DNA of 64,000 nucleotides from Natrialbaceae archaeon (GTDB lineage: Archaea > Halobacteriota > Halobacteria > Halobacteriales > Natrialbaceae): NCBI GenBank assembly GCA_003559215.1, contig PWMF01000164.1, forward strand, positions 11,500 to 75,499. Direction: 5' to 3'. A model generated the notes under the pieces. That model had not been told where the DNA came from and ran no database searches. It saw nothing but the letters and a program-made list of their open reading frames with translations. Of this stretch, positions 12,276-22,076 are shown one piece after another; within the stretch, counting starts at the first letter, position 1, and each line of letters begins with the position of its first letter. The translations under genes and the position numbers were made by a program.

Positions 12276-12923
12276 ATGAGCGACGTCCTCCTCACCGGCT
12301 ACGAACCGTTCGGCGAGTTCGAGACCAATCCCGCCCGCCGGCTCGCGAACCGACTCGACGGGACCGAGATCGGCGAGGCGAGCGTCGTCGGGCTCGAACT
12401 TCCCGTCGTCTTCGATCGCGCGTCCTCGCGGCTCGAGGCCGCCGTCGACGAGCACGGCCCCGACGTCGTCTGCGCGCTCGGGCTGGCGGGCGGCCGTCCG
12501 ACGCTCTCGCTCGAGCGCGTCGGGATCAACCTGCGGGACACCCGCGGGGTGGCGGACAACGAGGACCGCGAGGTCGTCGACGAACGAGTTGCGGAGGACG
12601 GACCCGACGCCTACTTCACGACGCTGCCGTCCCGGGAAATGAAGGGGACGATGTGCGACGCGGGCGTCCCGACGCGGCTCTCGACCGACGCCGGCACCCA
12701 CTGCTGTAACGACCTGCTGTACGCCGCGCGCCACCTCGTCGAGACGACCGACCGCGCGTTCCGGGCCGGATTCGTCCACGTCCCGCTCTCCCACGAGCAA
12801 GCGGCGGTCCGCGACGAGGGCGAGCCGAGTATGAGCCTCGAGGCGATGGAGCGAGGGCTTCGCGTCGGGCTCGAGGTCGCAGTCGACGGCGGTTCTGCGG
12901 GGGAGTCGGAGCCGCCAGCGTAG
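12276..12923 (+). CDS. pcp: Pyroglutamyl-peptidase I
   Basis: LLTGYEPFG..NP, LERVGIN, DAGTHCCN, GFVHVP. Confidence 0.93.
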   Translation: MSDVLLTGYEPFGEFETNPARRLANRLDGTEIGEASVVGLELPVVFDRASSRLEAAVDEHGPDVVCALGLAGGRPTLSLERVGINLRDTRGVADNEDREVVDERVAEDGPDAYFTTLPSREMKGTMCDAGVPTRLSTDAGTHCCNDLLYAARHLVETTDRAFRAGFVHVPLSHEQAAVRDEGEPSMSLEAMERGLRVGLEVAVDGGSAGESEPPA

Positions 12924-13013
12924 ACGCCGACCGCTCGAGGACCGCGCCGGCGCCCGGTTTCGTCGCAGGCTGCGCACACAATACTCTTAATCGTGGACGA
13001 CGTTCGGTCGCGC

Positions 13014-13292
13014 ATGGCAGACAAGCCAAGCTCCGGAGAGGTTTTCGGCGTACCGTACAACTTCGATCGGCCGAGCATGGGTCGGATGCTCTCCTCGTAC
13101 TGGCAGCCCGGCGAGGGGATGCTCGTCGAGAAGCCGTTCGGCGTCGGCTACACGCTGAACCTCGCGAACTGGCGCTCGTGGATCGTCGTCGCGATCGCCG
13201 GCGCGCTCCTCTGGCAGGAACAACAGGGCGTCACCGAGGGAACGGAAGGTACCGAGGACGAGCCCGTCGAGGTGATCGTCGACGACGACTGA
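13014..13292 (+). CDS. DUF5808-like membrane protein
   Basis: LVEKPFGVGYTLN motif plus a TM helix. Confidence 0.8.
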   Translation: MADKPSSGEVFGVPYNFDRPSMGRMLSSYWQPGEGMLVEKPFGVGYTLNLANWRSWIVVAIAGALLWQEQQGVTEGTEGTEDEPVEVIVDDD

Positions 13293-13396
13293 GCCCGTTA
13301 GGCGCGGACCACCGGTTCGTCCGCAGTCGATTTCGTTCCCCCTAACCGCGTGGTAGCAACGCGAACCCTTTTTCGACGGATCGCCGATATACGAGT

Positions 13397-13603
13397 ATGG
13401 TTTCGGACAGGGGAACCGTCTGGGAGTACGAGACGGTTCGTCCACCCCGCGCGGCGACGATGGAGGAGGCGACCGATCCGAAGGAACTGCTGAACGAACT
13501 CGGCCGAGACGGCTGGGAACTCGTCAGTACGATCGAGTACAGCGGCGGCGGCACGAAGTATCTCGTGTTCAAGCGGCCGGCCAAGGGTGACACCGATGGG
13601 TGA
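13397..13603 (+). CDS. DUF4177 family protein
   Basis: WEYETV...LNELGRDGWELV...VFKRP. Confidence 0.85.
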   Translation: MVSDRGTVWEYETVRPPRAATMEEATDPKELLNELGRDGWELVSTIEYSGGGTKYLVFKRPAKGDTDG

Positions 13604-14624
13604 GAGCGAGAACGCCGACGAGAACCAGATCAGCACCGGCGACACGATGCGCGAGCGGGCCGACGAGAGCAAGATCAAGCTCTGGCTACTCATCGGCGCG
13701 AACCGGCAGTTCGTCACTGGCGTGCTCTCGGTGACGTTCTTCGGACTGTTCATGCTCGGAAGCATCGTCGATCCGACGCTTTCGGATCTGCTTCAGGAGC
13801 GGAACGTCATCGAATCGCTGTACACGCAGATGATCGGCGCGCTGATCACCGGCGTCACCCTCGTCGTCACCATCAGCCAGCTGATCATCTCCCAGGAGAA
13901 CGGCCCGCTCGGCGTGCAGCGAACGCGAATGAGCGAGACGATGGACTTTCGCGGATACATCAAGGAGCTCACCGGCAAACCGGCGCCAGCGGATCCGTCG
14001 GCGTTCCTTCGCGAGATCATCGACGCGACCCAGGAGCGCGCCGAGACGCTCGACGAAGTCACGGAGTCGACCGACAACGATCAGCTCAGAGACGAGGTCG
14101 ACGAGTTCGTTGACAGCATCACGGGCAACGCCGAGACCGTCCGCGAGAAGCTCGACGGCGCCAAGTTCGGCACCTTCGACGTCGTCTACGCCTCGATGGA
14201 CTACAACTACTCCTGGAACATTTTCCAGATCGAACGCCTGCTCGCCGACAACGAGGACGACATCGACGGGGAGCAACGCGACGCCCTCGAGGATCTCCGA
14301 ACATCCTTCGCAATGTTCGGACCCGCTCGAGAGCACATCAAGACGCTGTACTTCCAGTGGGAGCTCATCAACCTCTCTCGGTACATCCTCTACGCGGCGA
14401 TCCCCGCCTTGCTGGTCTCGGGGATGATGCTGGCGTTCGTCGACACGGCGACGGTCACCGGACGGATCCTCGGCGTCGAGACGCTCCTCTGGCTCGTCGG
14501 CGCGACGTTTACGATCACGCTCGTCCCGTTCTTCCTCTTGACCTCGTACATCATGCGGGTCGCGACGGCGGCGAAACGGACGCTGGCGATCGGTCCGCTG
14601 ATCCTGCGGGATTCCCAGCGCTAA
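13596..14624 (+). CDS. Hypothetical membrane protein
   Basis: N- and C-terminal TM pairs around an acidic helical domain; overlaps the DUF4177 gene by 8 bp. Confidence 0.8.
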   Translation: MGESENADENQISTGDTMRERADESKIKLWLLIGANRQFVTGVLSVTFFGLFMLGSIVDPTLSDLLQERNVIESLYTQMIGALITGVTLVVTISQLIISQENGPLGVQRTRMSETMDFRGYIKELTGKPAPADPSAFLREIIDATQERAETLDEVTESTDNDQLRDEVDEFVDSITGNAETVREKLDGAKFGTFDVVYASMDYNYSWNIFQIERLLADNEDDIDGEQRDALEDLRTSFAMFGPAREHIKTLYFQWELINLSRYILYAAIPALLVSGMMLAFVDTATVTGRILGVETLLWLVGATFTITLVPFFLLTSYIMRVATAAKRTLAIGPLILRDSQR

Positions 14625-14649
14625 TCGGCGTCCCCCGCGGGCAGCCGCC

Positions 14650-15726
14650 CTACTCGACCGACACCGACGTTCCTTCCTCGCCGGAGCGGTAAATCGCGTC
14701 GATCACGCGCTGGACCGTCAGGGCGTGCTCGGCCGTGTTCAACGCCGGCGGCTCGCCGGTTTTGACGGCCTCGAGGAACTGCTCGTCGCTGCCCTCCCAA
14801 CCCGTCCGATCGAGCGAGCCGCCCGTCAGCGTGGAGTCGAGCAGGTGGTCGGTCCCCTGCGTGCCCGCCTGGTAGATCGTCAGCTCCTCGCCGCCCAGTT
14901 CGAGCTCCGCGCCCGCTTCGGTGCCCCGAACGACGAAGTCTTTCGTGTCGTCCTGGTTCGCCGCCCAGGTAACCTCGAGCGAGATCGTTCGATCGTCCGC
15001 ACAGCGGATCATCGCCGTCGCCGAGTCCTCGACGTCGAACACCGCCTCGTCGGTCTCGTCGTACCAGTCGCCGGGGTCGACGTAGTCGTCGCGGTGGCCG
15101 AACTCGGTGCGGGTGACCGCGAAGACCTCCTCGACGTCAGGGTAGCCCATCAGGTACAGCGCGTAGTCGATCGCGTGGACGCCGATGTCGACGACGGCGC
15201 CGCCGCCCGACAGCTCGCGGTTGGTGAACCACGAGCCGACACCGGGGATGCCGCGCCGGCGGACGTAGTTCGCGTCGACGTGGGTGATCTCGCCGAAGAA
15301 CCCCTCCGCCTGGTGGTCCTTGAACACCTCCGTCGCCGTCGAGACGCGGTTGTGGAAGTTGACCATACAGAAGCCGTCGGCGTCGGCCGCCGCGTCGGCG
15401 ATCCGTTCGGCGCTCTCGAGGTCGCTCGCCAGCGGCTTCTCGCAGAAGACGTCGTACCCCCGCTCGAGGGCGGCGACGACCGCCTCCTCGTGGAAGGCGT
15501 TGGGCGTCGAAACCGCGACCGCGTCGATGTCCTCGTCGTCGTACATCGCCTCGAACCTCTCGTAGGTCACGGCGTCGTAGGTCTCCGCGAACTCCTCGCG
15601 AGTCGACTCGACGAGATCGGCGCCCGCGACGACCTCGTGGCCGAGCGTCTCGGCGTTGGTCGCGTGGGTCTGTCCCATGAATCCGAGTCCGACTACCCCG
15701 AGCCGGACGGTGTCAGTATTACTCAT
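14650..15726 (-). CDS. Gfo/Idh/MocA family oxidoreductase
   Basis: GVVGLGFMG, CEKPLA, GGGAVVDIGVH. Confidence 0.93.
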   Translation of the reverse strand: MSNTDTVRLGVVGLGFMGQTHATNAETLGHEVVAGADLVESTREEFAETYDAVTYERFEAMYDDEDIDAVAVSTPNAFHEEAVVAALERGYDVFCEKPLASDLESAERIADAAADADGFCMVNFHNRVSTATEVFKDHQAEGFFGEITHVDANYVRRRGIPGVGSWFTNRELSGGGAVVDIGVHAIDYALYLMGYPDVEEVFAVTRTEFGHRDDYVDPGDWYDETDEAVFDVEDSATAMIRCADDRTISLEVTWAANQDDTKDFVVRGTEAGAELELGGEELTIYQAGTQGTDHLLDSTLTGGSLDRTGWEGSDEQFLEAVKTGEPPALNTAEHALTVQRVIDAIYRSGEEGTSVSVE

Positions 15727-15855
15727 ACACCGAGTAAATCAGCACACCGACGAAAGTGTTGCGTGTGGCGGTCGACCGGGCGCTCGATTCCGGTGACGGT
15801 TCGCCCGCGGCCCGGGACCGACGAGGCTTTGGCGCCCGTGGACGGTTTTTCGTAC

Positions 15856-16401
15856 ATGACCGTCCGCTTCGTCACGAGCAACGAGGGCAAGGTTGCGGAG
15901 GCCCGCGACTACCTCGAGAGGATCGACACCGTCGAACAGGTCGACTACGACTACGCCGAACTCCAGAGCGACTCGCTCGAGGAGATCGTTACTCGCGGGG
16001 CCGAGGACGCCTACACGGAGCTCGGGAGCACGGAACCGGTACTGGTCGACGACACAGGTCTGTTCGTTGAGGCGCTGGACGGCTTTCCGGGGCCGTACTC
16101 CGCCTACGTCGAGGACACCCTCGGGATCGAGCGAGTCTGGCGACTCGCGAGCGAGGAAGAGAGTACGCGAGCGCGATTCCGGACGGTGCTGGCCTACGCC
16201 GACGGGAAGCGCACGGAGACGTTCGAGGGCTCGGTCGCGGGCACCCTTGTCGCCCCACGGGGTGAGGGCGGGTTCGGCTACGATCCGATCTTCGAGTACA
16301 ACGGGAAGACGTTCGCCGAGATGGACACCGAGGAAAAAAACGCCATCTCCCACCGCGGACGGGCCCTCGAGGCGTTCGCCGAGTGGTACGGCGGGCGGTA
16401 G
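15856..16401 (+). CDS. rdgB: XTP/dITP diphosphatase (Ham1 family)
   Basis: FVTSNEGK, DDTGLFVEALDGFPGPYS, FGYDPIF, KNAISHRG. Confidence 0.95.
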   Translation: MTVRFVTSNEGKVAEARDYLERIDTVEQVDYDYAELQSDSLEEIVTRGAEDAYTELGSTEPVLVDDTGLFVEALDGFPGPYSAYVEDTLGIERVWRLASEEESTRARFRTVLAYADGKRTETFEGSVAGTLVAPRGEGGFGYDPIFEYNGKTFAEMDTEEKNAISHRGRALEAFAEWYGGR

Positions 16402-16562
16402 CTGACGAGTTCGCGCGTCCTGCGGTCGGGGGTCGGTCTTTCGTCCGCGACGGGACGACCGAGAGGACGACAAGTACCCGTGGACGGTCTCGACGCGCGG
16501 CTCGAGTCGTAGTCTCGGAGTGTTGATTTCGGCTTCGAACTACTCTGATCGACCCACCTGCG

Positions 16563-16762
16563 TTGCGGTGGCGCGCGCTGGCGGACGGCGAGCAAAGCGA
16601 GGCGCGAATAGCATGAGCACCTCGGAAAGCGAACGGTGACTACGGGGAACCGTGAGCAATCTACGAGACGTCCGCTAAAGCCGTCGCGAGGGATGAACGA
16701 GGGAGTGACGCGACCGAGTGAATCGGTTGGGGAGGGGGTGGCAGCCCGTGCTGGCGGTGTGA
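16563..16762. repeat. Structured intergenic repeat, copy 1 (MITE/REP-like)
   Basis: Shares TTGCGGTGGCGCGCGCTG, GGGATGA, GAATCRGYTGGGGAGG..GTGG and CGGTGTGA in the same order with 54688-54887. Confidence 0.75.
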
Positions 16763-16824
16763 GTGCGTTACGGACAGATGAAGCACGTATTGTTTTGGGT
16801 GGTGGATAAATATGGGGCCTATTC

Positions 16825-17262
16825 TTACTGCGAATCGACTTCTTCGTAGTACTCGATAATCTCCTTCAAACACCACTGGTTGAGTCCTTGTGATGCGAGC
16901 GTGAAAACCACCGTTGAGACAGGCTTGCGTTTGTACGCCGCGTAGAGGCCATAGAGCCCGATTGGGATACTCACGGTGTTTAGGATCTGCGGGTAGCCGA
17001 GACCGATGAAGCGGTGACCGTCGTTACTCCAGCGTTCTTCAGCTCGTACGACTTTGTACATCCAGTCATCCAACTCTTCACTCGGTTCGGGGAATAGCAC
17101 CGGATTGATGATCAAGAACAGAAGAGTGAGCCCCAACAAATTCCATTTCCGATGGTAGAGTGCGCCCACGGCCACGAATCCTGCTGCCATTCGACTCCAC
17201 CCGCTCTTCGGATTGGAGTGTCTACCCCACATATTCTCCATCTGCAGCAACTCTTTGACCAT
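16825..17262 (-). CDS. DUF6653-like membrane protein, low GC
   Basis: RHSNPKSGWSR and INPVLFPEP motifs; visibly more AT-rich than its neighbours; start uncertain (17262 or 17241). Confidence 0.75.
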   Translation of the reverse strand: MVKELLQMENMWGRHSNPKSGWSRMAAGFVAVGALYHRKWNLLGLTLLFLIINPVLFPEPSEELDDWMYKVVRAEERWSNDGHRFIGLGYPQILNTVSIPIGLYGLYAAYKRKPVSTVVFTLASQGLNQWCLKEIIEYYEEVDSQ

Positions 17263-17367
17263 ATCGACTATCTCTAAAATGAGAGGTTCCACTCTCCGAT
17301 TAACATTTCGCCACAGCGTTCAGTAAGCAGACCTACGTAACGGATCGATGGTTCGACCGATTCGTAT

Positions 17368-17850
17368 CTACGCTCGAGGATCGGTGTCCGGCCCCGGATA
17401 TTCGTCGCCGACGGTCGCCTCGTAGAGGCTCTCGGGATCGAACAGGCGGGCGAACGCGTCAGGCGGGCGAACGCTGACCGAAACGCGGGGCTGGAGCGAG
17501 AGCCCCGCCTTCGCGGAGGTGAGCCGGTCGTCGTACGACAGCAGGTGGGCGGCCGCCCCCTGGTAGGCCGAGGCGAGCGCCGGGTGGTCGTCCTCGGGCT
17601 GGTCGACCGCGACGCGCTCGGCCTCGAGTCGCTCCCGGTGGGCGCCTGCGAGCTCCGGATCGGCCAGCGAGGCGACCAGCCGTTCGGTCTCCGCGAGCAG
17701 CTCGTCGCTCGCGAGCAGCTCGAGCCAGGAGTGACGACGGACGTGATCGAGCGCCTCGCGGGCCTCGCCGCCGACGAGCAGGTCGGCCGCGAGCACCGCC
17801 GAGTCGGCGACCACTCGGGTCGAGTCGGGCTCGCCGCGGCGCTCGCTCAT
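17368..17850 (-). CDS. PIN-domain-like protein
   Basis: VVADSAVL, ELLAETE, PEDDHPAL, LLSYDDRL match the PIN acidic residue spacing. Confidence 0.7.
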   Translation of the reverse strand: MSERRGEPDSTRVVADSAVLAADLLVGGEAREALDHVRRHSWLELLASDELLAETERLVASLADPELAGAHRERLEAERVAVDQPEDDHPALASAYQGAAAHLLSYDDRLTSAKAGLSLQPRVSVSVRPPDAFARLFDPESLYEATVGDEYPGPDTDPRA

Positions 17851-17951
17851 TCCTCGCCACCCCTTCGTTCGTCGTCGGCCGCTCGAACGTCCTCGAGGTC
17901 GATCCCGTACTCGCTCGCCCGGTCGAACAGCGACTCCCAGCTGGCGGTCAT
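17847..17951 (-). CDS. 34-aa acidic microprotein overlapping the PIN-like gene
   Basis: MTASWESLFDRASEYGIDLEDVRAADDERRGGEE; ATGA overlap with the downstream start. Confidence 0.6.
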   Translation of the reverse strand: MTASWESLFDRASEYGIDLEDVRAADDERRGGEE

Positions 17952-18025
17952 CGGCGGAGGGTTCGCGTTCGGGGGCAAAAGGTCGTCCGCCTGCGTCGAC
18001 CCGACGGCGTCTCGACTCGGCGTTC

Positions 18026-19129
18026 TCAGCTCCGCCTCGAGAGCAGCCAGAAGACGACGGCCCCGAGCACGAACGCGACCCCGACGTTGACCGCGAGGCC
18101 GACGATACCGACGCCGACGACCAGCGCGAGCGCGCGCCCGTCGTCGACGGGGGCGAACGCCGCGCGGCCGAGCTCGAGGGCGACGACGACCAGCAACACG
18201 CCGAGCAGGGCGAGCGGGAAGGCCGCCAGCAGGGCGCCGGCGGCGACCAGCGCGAGCGCGAGGTAGCCGATCCCGAGCAGGACGTTCGCACCGCCGGTTC
18301 GGGCGCCGAAGGCGTACTTGCCGGCGAGGCCGCCGCTGCCGTGACACATCGGGACGCCGCCGATCGGGACCGCCGCGAGGCAGGTGACGCCCATGCTCTG
18401 GGAGAGGTCGTCGGCCCGGACGTCGCGATCGTAGAGGTCACCACAGAGCAGCGCCGTCGCGATCGCCGCATTGCCGATCGTCATCCCGAGCTGCGCGACG
18501 GTGGCCTCGAGCGCGCCCGTCGAAAACGCCGGCCCGCCCGCGGGGAAGAGTGCAAGCTCGGGCACTCGCGGCGTCGGCGCGCCCGCGGTCGCGACGGCCA
18601 CGATACCGCCGAGCAACAGGACAACGAGGACGCTGCTCTGCCGGTAGCCGACCAGCACGAGGACGGCGACGACGGCGAGTCCCGCCGCCGCGATGGGGAG
18701 GCTCTCGAGTGAAAGCCCCACCGCGGACTCGAGCAACAGCAGGGCGACGGCGAACTGCACGCCACGGATCACGGGCTCGCCGACGACGCGCTGGACCTCC
18801 CCGACGAGGCCGAGCCGGCCGACGACGAGCAGGACGACGCCGGCGAGCAGTCCGGCGGCGGCGAGTTCCGGGTACGAAAGGGAGCCGACGATCGCCAGTC
18901 CGATCAGGGCTTTCATCGGCTCGACCGAGAGAGGCATCCCGTAGTACAGCCCCCAGACGATCTGGAAAACGCCGAAGCCGACGAGGACGTGGGGCAACGA
19001 GACCGACGTCGTCGCGGCCAGCGCCACGACGAGCGGGAGGACCGTAACCGAATCTCCTAGCGCACCCGTCAGTTCGGACGTCGAGAACTCGAGATCTCGG
19101 CTGGTCTCCGAACCGGTCGAGTACGCCAT
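18026..19129 (-). CDS. Putative sulfate/molybdate transporter (MOT1-like)
   Basis: ELTGALGD, PLSVEPMK, PMCHGSGGLAGKYAFGARTG. Confidence 0.88.
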   Translation of the reverse strand: MAYSTGSETSRDLEFSTSELTGALGDSVTVLPLVVALAATTSVSLPHVLVGFGVFQIVWGLYYGMPLSVEPMKALIGLAIVGSLSYPELAAAGLLAGVVLLVVGRLGLVGEVQRVVGEPVIRGVQFAVALLLLESAVGLSLESLPIAAAGLAVVAVLVLVGYRQSSVLVVLLLGGIVAVATAGAPTPRVPELALFPAGGPAFSTGALEATVAQLGMTIGNAAIATALLCGDLYDRDVRADDLSQSMGVTCLAAVPIGGVPMCHGSGGLAGKYAFGARTGGANVLLGIGYLALALVAAGALLAAFPLALLGVLLVVVALELGRAAFAPVDDGRALALVVGVGIVGLAVNVGVAFVLGAVVFWLLSRRS

Positions 19130-19214
19130 CTACCCGCCATTTGGCGGGGAGAGACTTGACGCTTATCAGTAACTCTGTGCAGTTCATTCACTCGAAGATT
19201 GAAACCGTATCCGA

Positions 19215-20078
19215 TTACGTCTCGAGCGTTCGGTCGAGGATCGACTCGAGGTCGGTTTTCGCGTCGGCCGGGAGTTCGCTAAGTGGACGGCGCGGACGGC
19301 CGACCGACTGCCCCCGCATCGCGAGGGCGGCCTTGACACCGGGGACGCCGAACCGAGAGGTAACGGCGTGGTTGAGTTCGACGATCGCGGCGTTTCGCTC
19401 GCGGGCCGCGCCGGGTCGACCCTCGCTGTCGAGCCGGTAGATCTCGGTCGCGAACTCGGGAACGACGTTGGCGACCGCGAGCACGCCGCCGTCGGCGCCG
19501 GCCGCGAGCCCGGCCGCGTAGACGCTCCCGCTGCCGACGAGGACCGAGAAAGCGTCGTCGGCCCGATCGAGCAGTCGCTGGATCGACTCGAGGCTCCCGC
19601 TCGAATCCTTGATCCCGGCGACGTTCTCGTGGGTCGCGAGCTCTGCGACGGTCTCGGGGGCCAGCGCCCGACCGGTGAACTTGGGGACGCTGTAGAGGTA
19701 GACCGGGATCGGCGAGGCGCTCGCGACCTCTTCGTAGTACGCGACGAGGGCCGCGTCGTCGGTCCCGTAGTAAGAGGGCGTGACCACGAGCGCGGCGTCG
19801 GCGCCGGCCTCGGCCGCGCGCTCGGTCGTCTCGAGGGTCGGCTCGAGGCCCTCTCGGCCGGTGCCGGCGAGCACCGGGAGGTCGGTCGCCTCGGCGACCG
19901 TCTCGACGACCGCGACGCGCTCGTCGGTCGTCAGCGCTGGCCCCTCTCCCGTCGAGCCACAGGGAACCAGGAAGTCGACGCCCGAGTGCTCGAGCCACTC
20001 GGCGAGCGCTCGCAGTCGCTCGTGATCGACCGCGCCGTCCGCGAACGGGGTGGCGATGGGAACGCCGGTGCCGTGCAT
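19215..20078 (-). CDS. Dihydrodipicolinate synthase family aldolase
   Basis: GSTGE, YLYSVP, GIKDSSG. Confidence 0.9.
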   Translation of the reverse strand: MHGTGVPIATPFADGAVDHERLRALAEWLEHSGVDFLVPCGSTGEGPALTTDERVAVVETVAEATDLPVLAGTGREGLEPTLETTERAAEAGADAALVVTPSYYGTDDAALVAYYEEVASASPIPVYLYSVPKFTGRALAPETVAELATHENVAGIKDSSGSLESIQRLLDRADDAFSVLVGSGSVYAAGLAAGADGGVLAVANVVPEFATEIYRLDSEGRPGAARERNAAIVELNHAVTSRFGVPGVKAALAMRGQSVGRPRRPLSELPADAKTDLESILDRTLET

Positions 20079-20220
20079 GAGCCGAGGTACGGCCGTCGGC
20101 CACATGGAACGTGGGGTTCGGGCAGGGCTCGCTGCGGACGGGAAGAAAGGGTACTCGAAGGGTTGAGACAGGGTGACACGCCGTCCGAGCTACTTTGGGT
20201 GGCGCCGACGAGTCGCCGGT

Positions 20221-20751
20221 ATGGAACTGCGCCACTTCGAGCCGGGAACGGCGGACGCTCGGGCGATCACCCGAGTCAACGCGCTGGCCTTCCGCGAGGC
20301 CTACGACGAGTTGCTCCCCGACGAGGTGCTCGCGGGGTTCGAAGCCGATCCGTCGGACGAACAGCTCCGCGAGCACGCCGACCGGCTGCGCGAAGATCGC
20401 AAAGGGATCTTCCTGGCGGAGCTCGAGGGACGGGTTCGGGGGTACGGCTACGTCCGGTGGGACGAGGGGACGAAGGCGTTCGTCGGCCGGGACGAAGCGG
20501 GCCTCAAGGAGCTGTACGTCGAGCCCGACTACTGGGGCGAGGGGGCCGGGACGGCGCTGCTCGAGCGGTGTCTCGAGGCGCTACCCGAGGAGACCGAGCA
20601 GCTGCGCCTCGAGATGCTGGCGGGAAACGAGGTGGGACGACGGTTCTACGAGGCCCGGGGGTTCGAGCGAACCGGACGCTCCGAGTTCGAGATCGCGGGC
20701 GAGGCGTACCCGACGGTGATCTACGCGCTCGAGACGGCGGCGCAGCGCTGA
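20221..20751 (+). CDS. GNAT family N-acetyltransferase
   Basis: LYVEPDYWGEGAGTALL, N..GRRFYEARGF. Confidence 0.9.
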   Translation: MELRHFEPGTADARAITRVNALAFREAYDELLPDEVLAGFEADPSDEQLREHADRLREDRKGIFLAELEGRVRGYGYVRWDEGTKAFVGRDEAGLKELYVEPDYWGEGAGTALLERCLEALPEETEQLRLEMLAGNEVGRRFYEARGFERTGRSEFEIAGEAYPTVIYALETAAQR

Positions 20752-20799
20752 CGGGCTCACTGTGTGACCCGGGGACGATCGATCCCGTCGACGGCCCGT

Positions 20800-21663
20800 T
20801 CAGTCGGCCGAAATCGAACAGCTCCCCTCGTAGGCGACGTCCTCGATCGATTCGATCTCGGGCTCGTCGCCACAGACTGGACAGTCGGGATTTCGCAGGA
20901 CGTCGACGGTGTCGAAGGTCATCCCCATCGCGTCGTACATCAGCAGTCGGCCCTCGAGCAGGTCGCCCTTCTCGAGGAAGTACTTGACGACCTCGGTGGC
21001 CTGAATACAGCCGACGGTGCCCGGAAGCACGCCGAGCACGCCGGTCGTCGCGCAGTCGGGGACGGTGCCGGGTTCGGGTGCCTCGGGGAAGACGCAGCGA
21101 TAACACGGCGGGTCGTCGGTCGCGTCGCCGTCCGGTTCGGTCCCGTCTTCACTCCGGTCGTTCGTAAACGTCGTCACCTGTCCCTCGAAGCGGTAGATCG
21201 CGCCGTGAGACAGCGGGGTTCCGGTAAGCACGCAGTGGTCGTTGAGCAGGTAGCGGGTCCCGAAGTTGTCGCTGGCGTCCAAGACGACGTCGTACTCGCT
21301 CACCAGACCCCCGACGTTGTCGGCCGTGAGTCGCGTCTCGTGGGTGTCGACGTCGACGTCCGGATTGAGCGCCGCAACGTAGTCGGCCGCGCTGTCGACC
21401 TTCGGTCGGCCGACGTCGTCGTCGCCGTGGACGATCTGGCGCTGGAGGTTCGAGCGCTCGACGACGTCGTCGTCGACGATCCCCAGCCGACCGATCCCCG
21501 CGGCCGCGAGGTACTGAATCGCCGGCGATCCCAGCCCCCCCGCGCCGACGACGAGGACGCTGCCCTCGAGCAGGCGCTGCTGGCCCTCGGGGCCGATCTC
21601 GTCCATGATGACGTGTCTCGAGTAGCGATCGAGCTGCGTCGCATCGAGGCGGAGTTCGCTCAT
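20800..21663 (-). CDS. ubaA: SAMP-activating E1-like enzyme (ThiF/MoeB family)
   Basis: RYSRH, VVGAGGLGS, SNLQRQ, CYRC, DCATTGVLG, CPVCG. Confidence 0.93.
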   Translation of the reverse strand: MSELRLDATQLDRYSRHVIMDEIGPEGQQRLLEGSVLVVGAGGLGSPAIQYLAAAGIGRLGIVDDDVVERSNLQRQIVHGDDDVGRPKVDSAADYVAALNPDVDVDTHETRLTADNVGGLVSEYDVVLDASDNFGTRYLLNDHCVLTGTPLSHGAIYRFEGQVTTFTNDRSEDGTEPDGDATDDPPCYRCVFPEAPEPGTVPDCATTGVLGVLPGTVGCIQATEVVKYFLEKGDLLEGRLLMYDAMGMTFDTVDVLRNPDCPVCGDEPEIESIEDVAYEGSCSISAD

Positions 21664-21790
21664 ATCGGTCTTTCGTCCGAGACCGAGAAAAGTCCGCGGG
21701 TCGGCCGAGCGGATCCGATTCGGCCGCGGGATCCGGCAGATTACTGGGTGAACCACGGATTTTAATACCGTGGTTCTCATTGTCACGGGT

Positions 21791-21976
21791 ATGGCAACCT
21801 CACCCAATGATGCCGGTGACGATGTCTTCGACGAATTCCTTTCGGACCGCGGTCACGCGGTAGAGCGAGTGGGGTGGGAGCAGGAGTATAACAAGAAGCA
21901 GTGTCCGGACTGCGGCGGCCTCCACGAGCAGTCTGCCAGTACCTGTACCGTCTGCGGGTGGACGCCAACCCCGTAG
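21791..21976 (+). CDS. CPxCG-type small zinc-finger protein
   Basis: CPDCG...CTVCG; TTTTAATA TATA-like box about 25 bp upstream. Confidence 0.85.
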   Translation: MATSPNDAGDDVFDEFLSDRGHAVERVGWEQEYNKKQCPDCGGLHEQSASTCTVCGWTPTP

Positions 21977-22076
21977 TCGGCGAGCGCGGCAACCGTGCCG
22001 ATGAGAGTCGGTCCGACGGCGGTTTTCCGGGCGTAACCCACGTCACTTATGGGTATTGCGCCCTTGCACAGCTACA

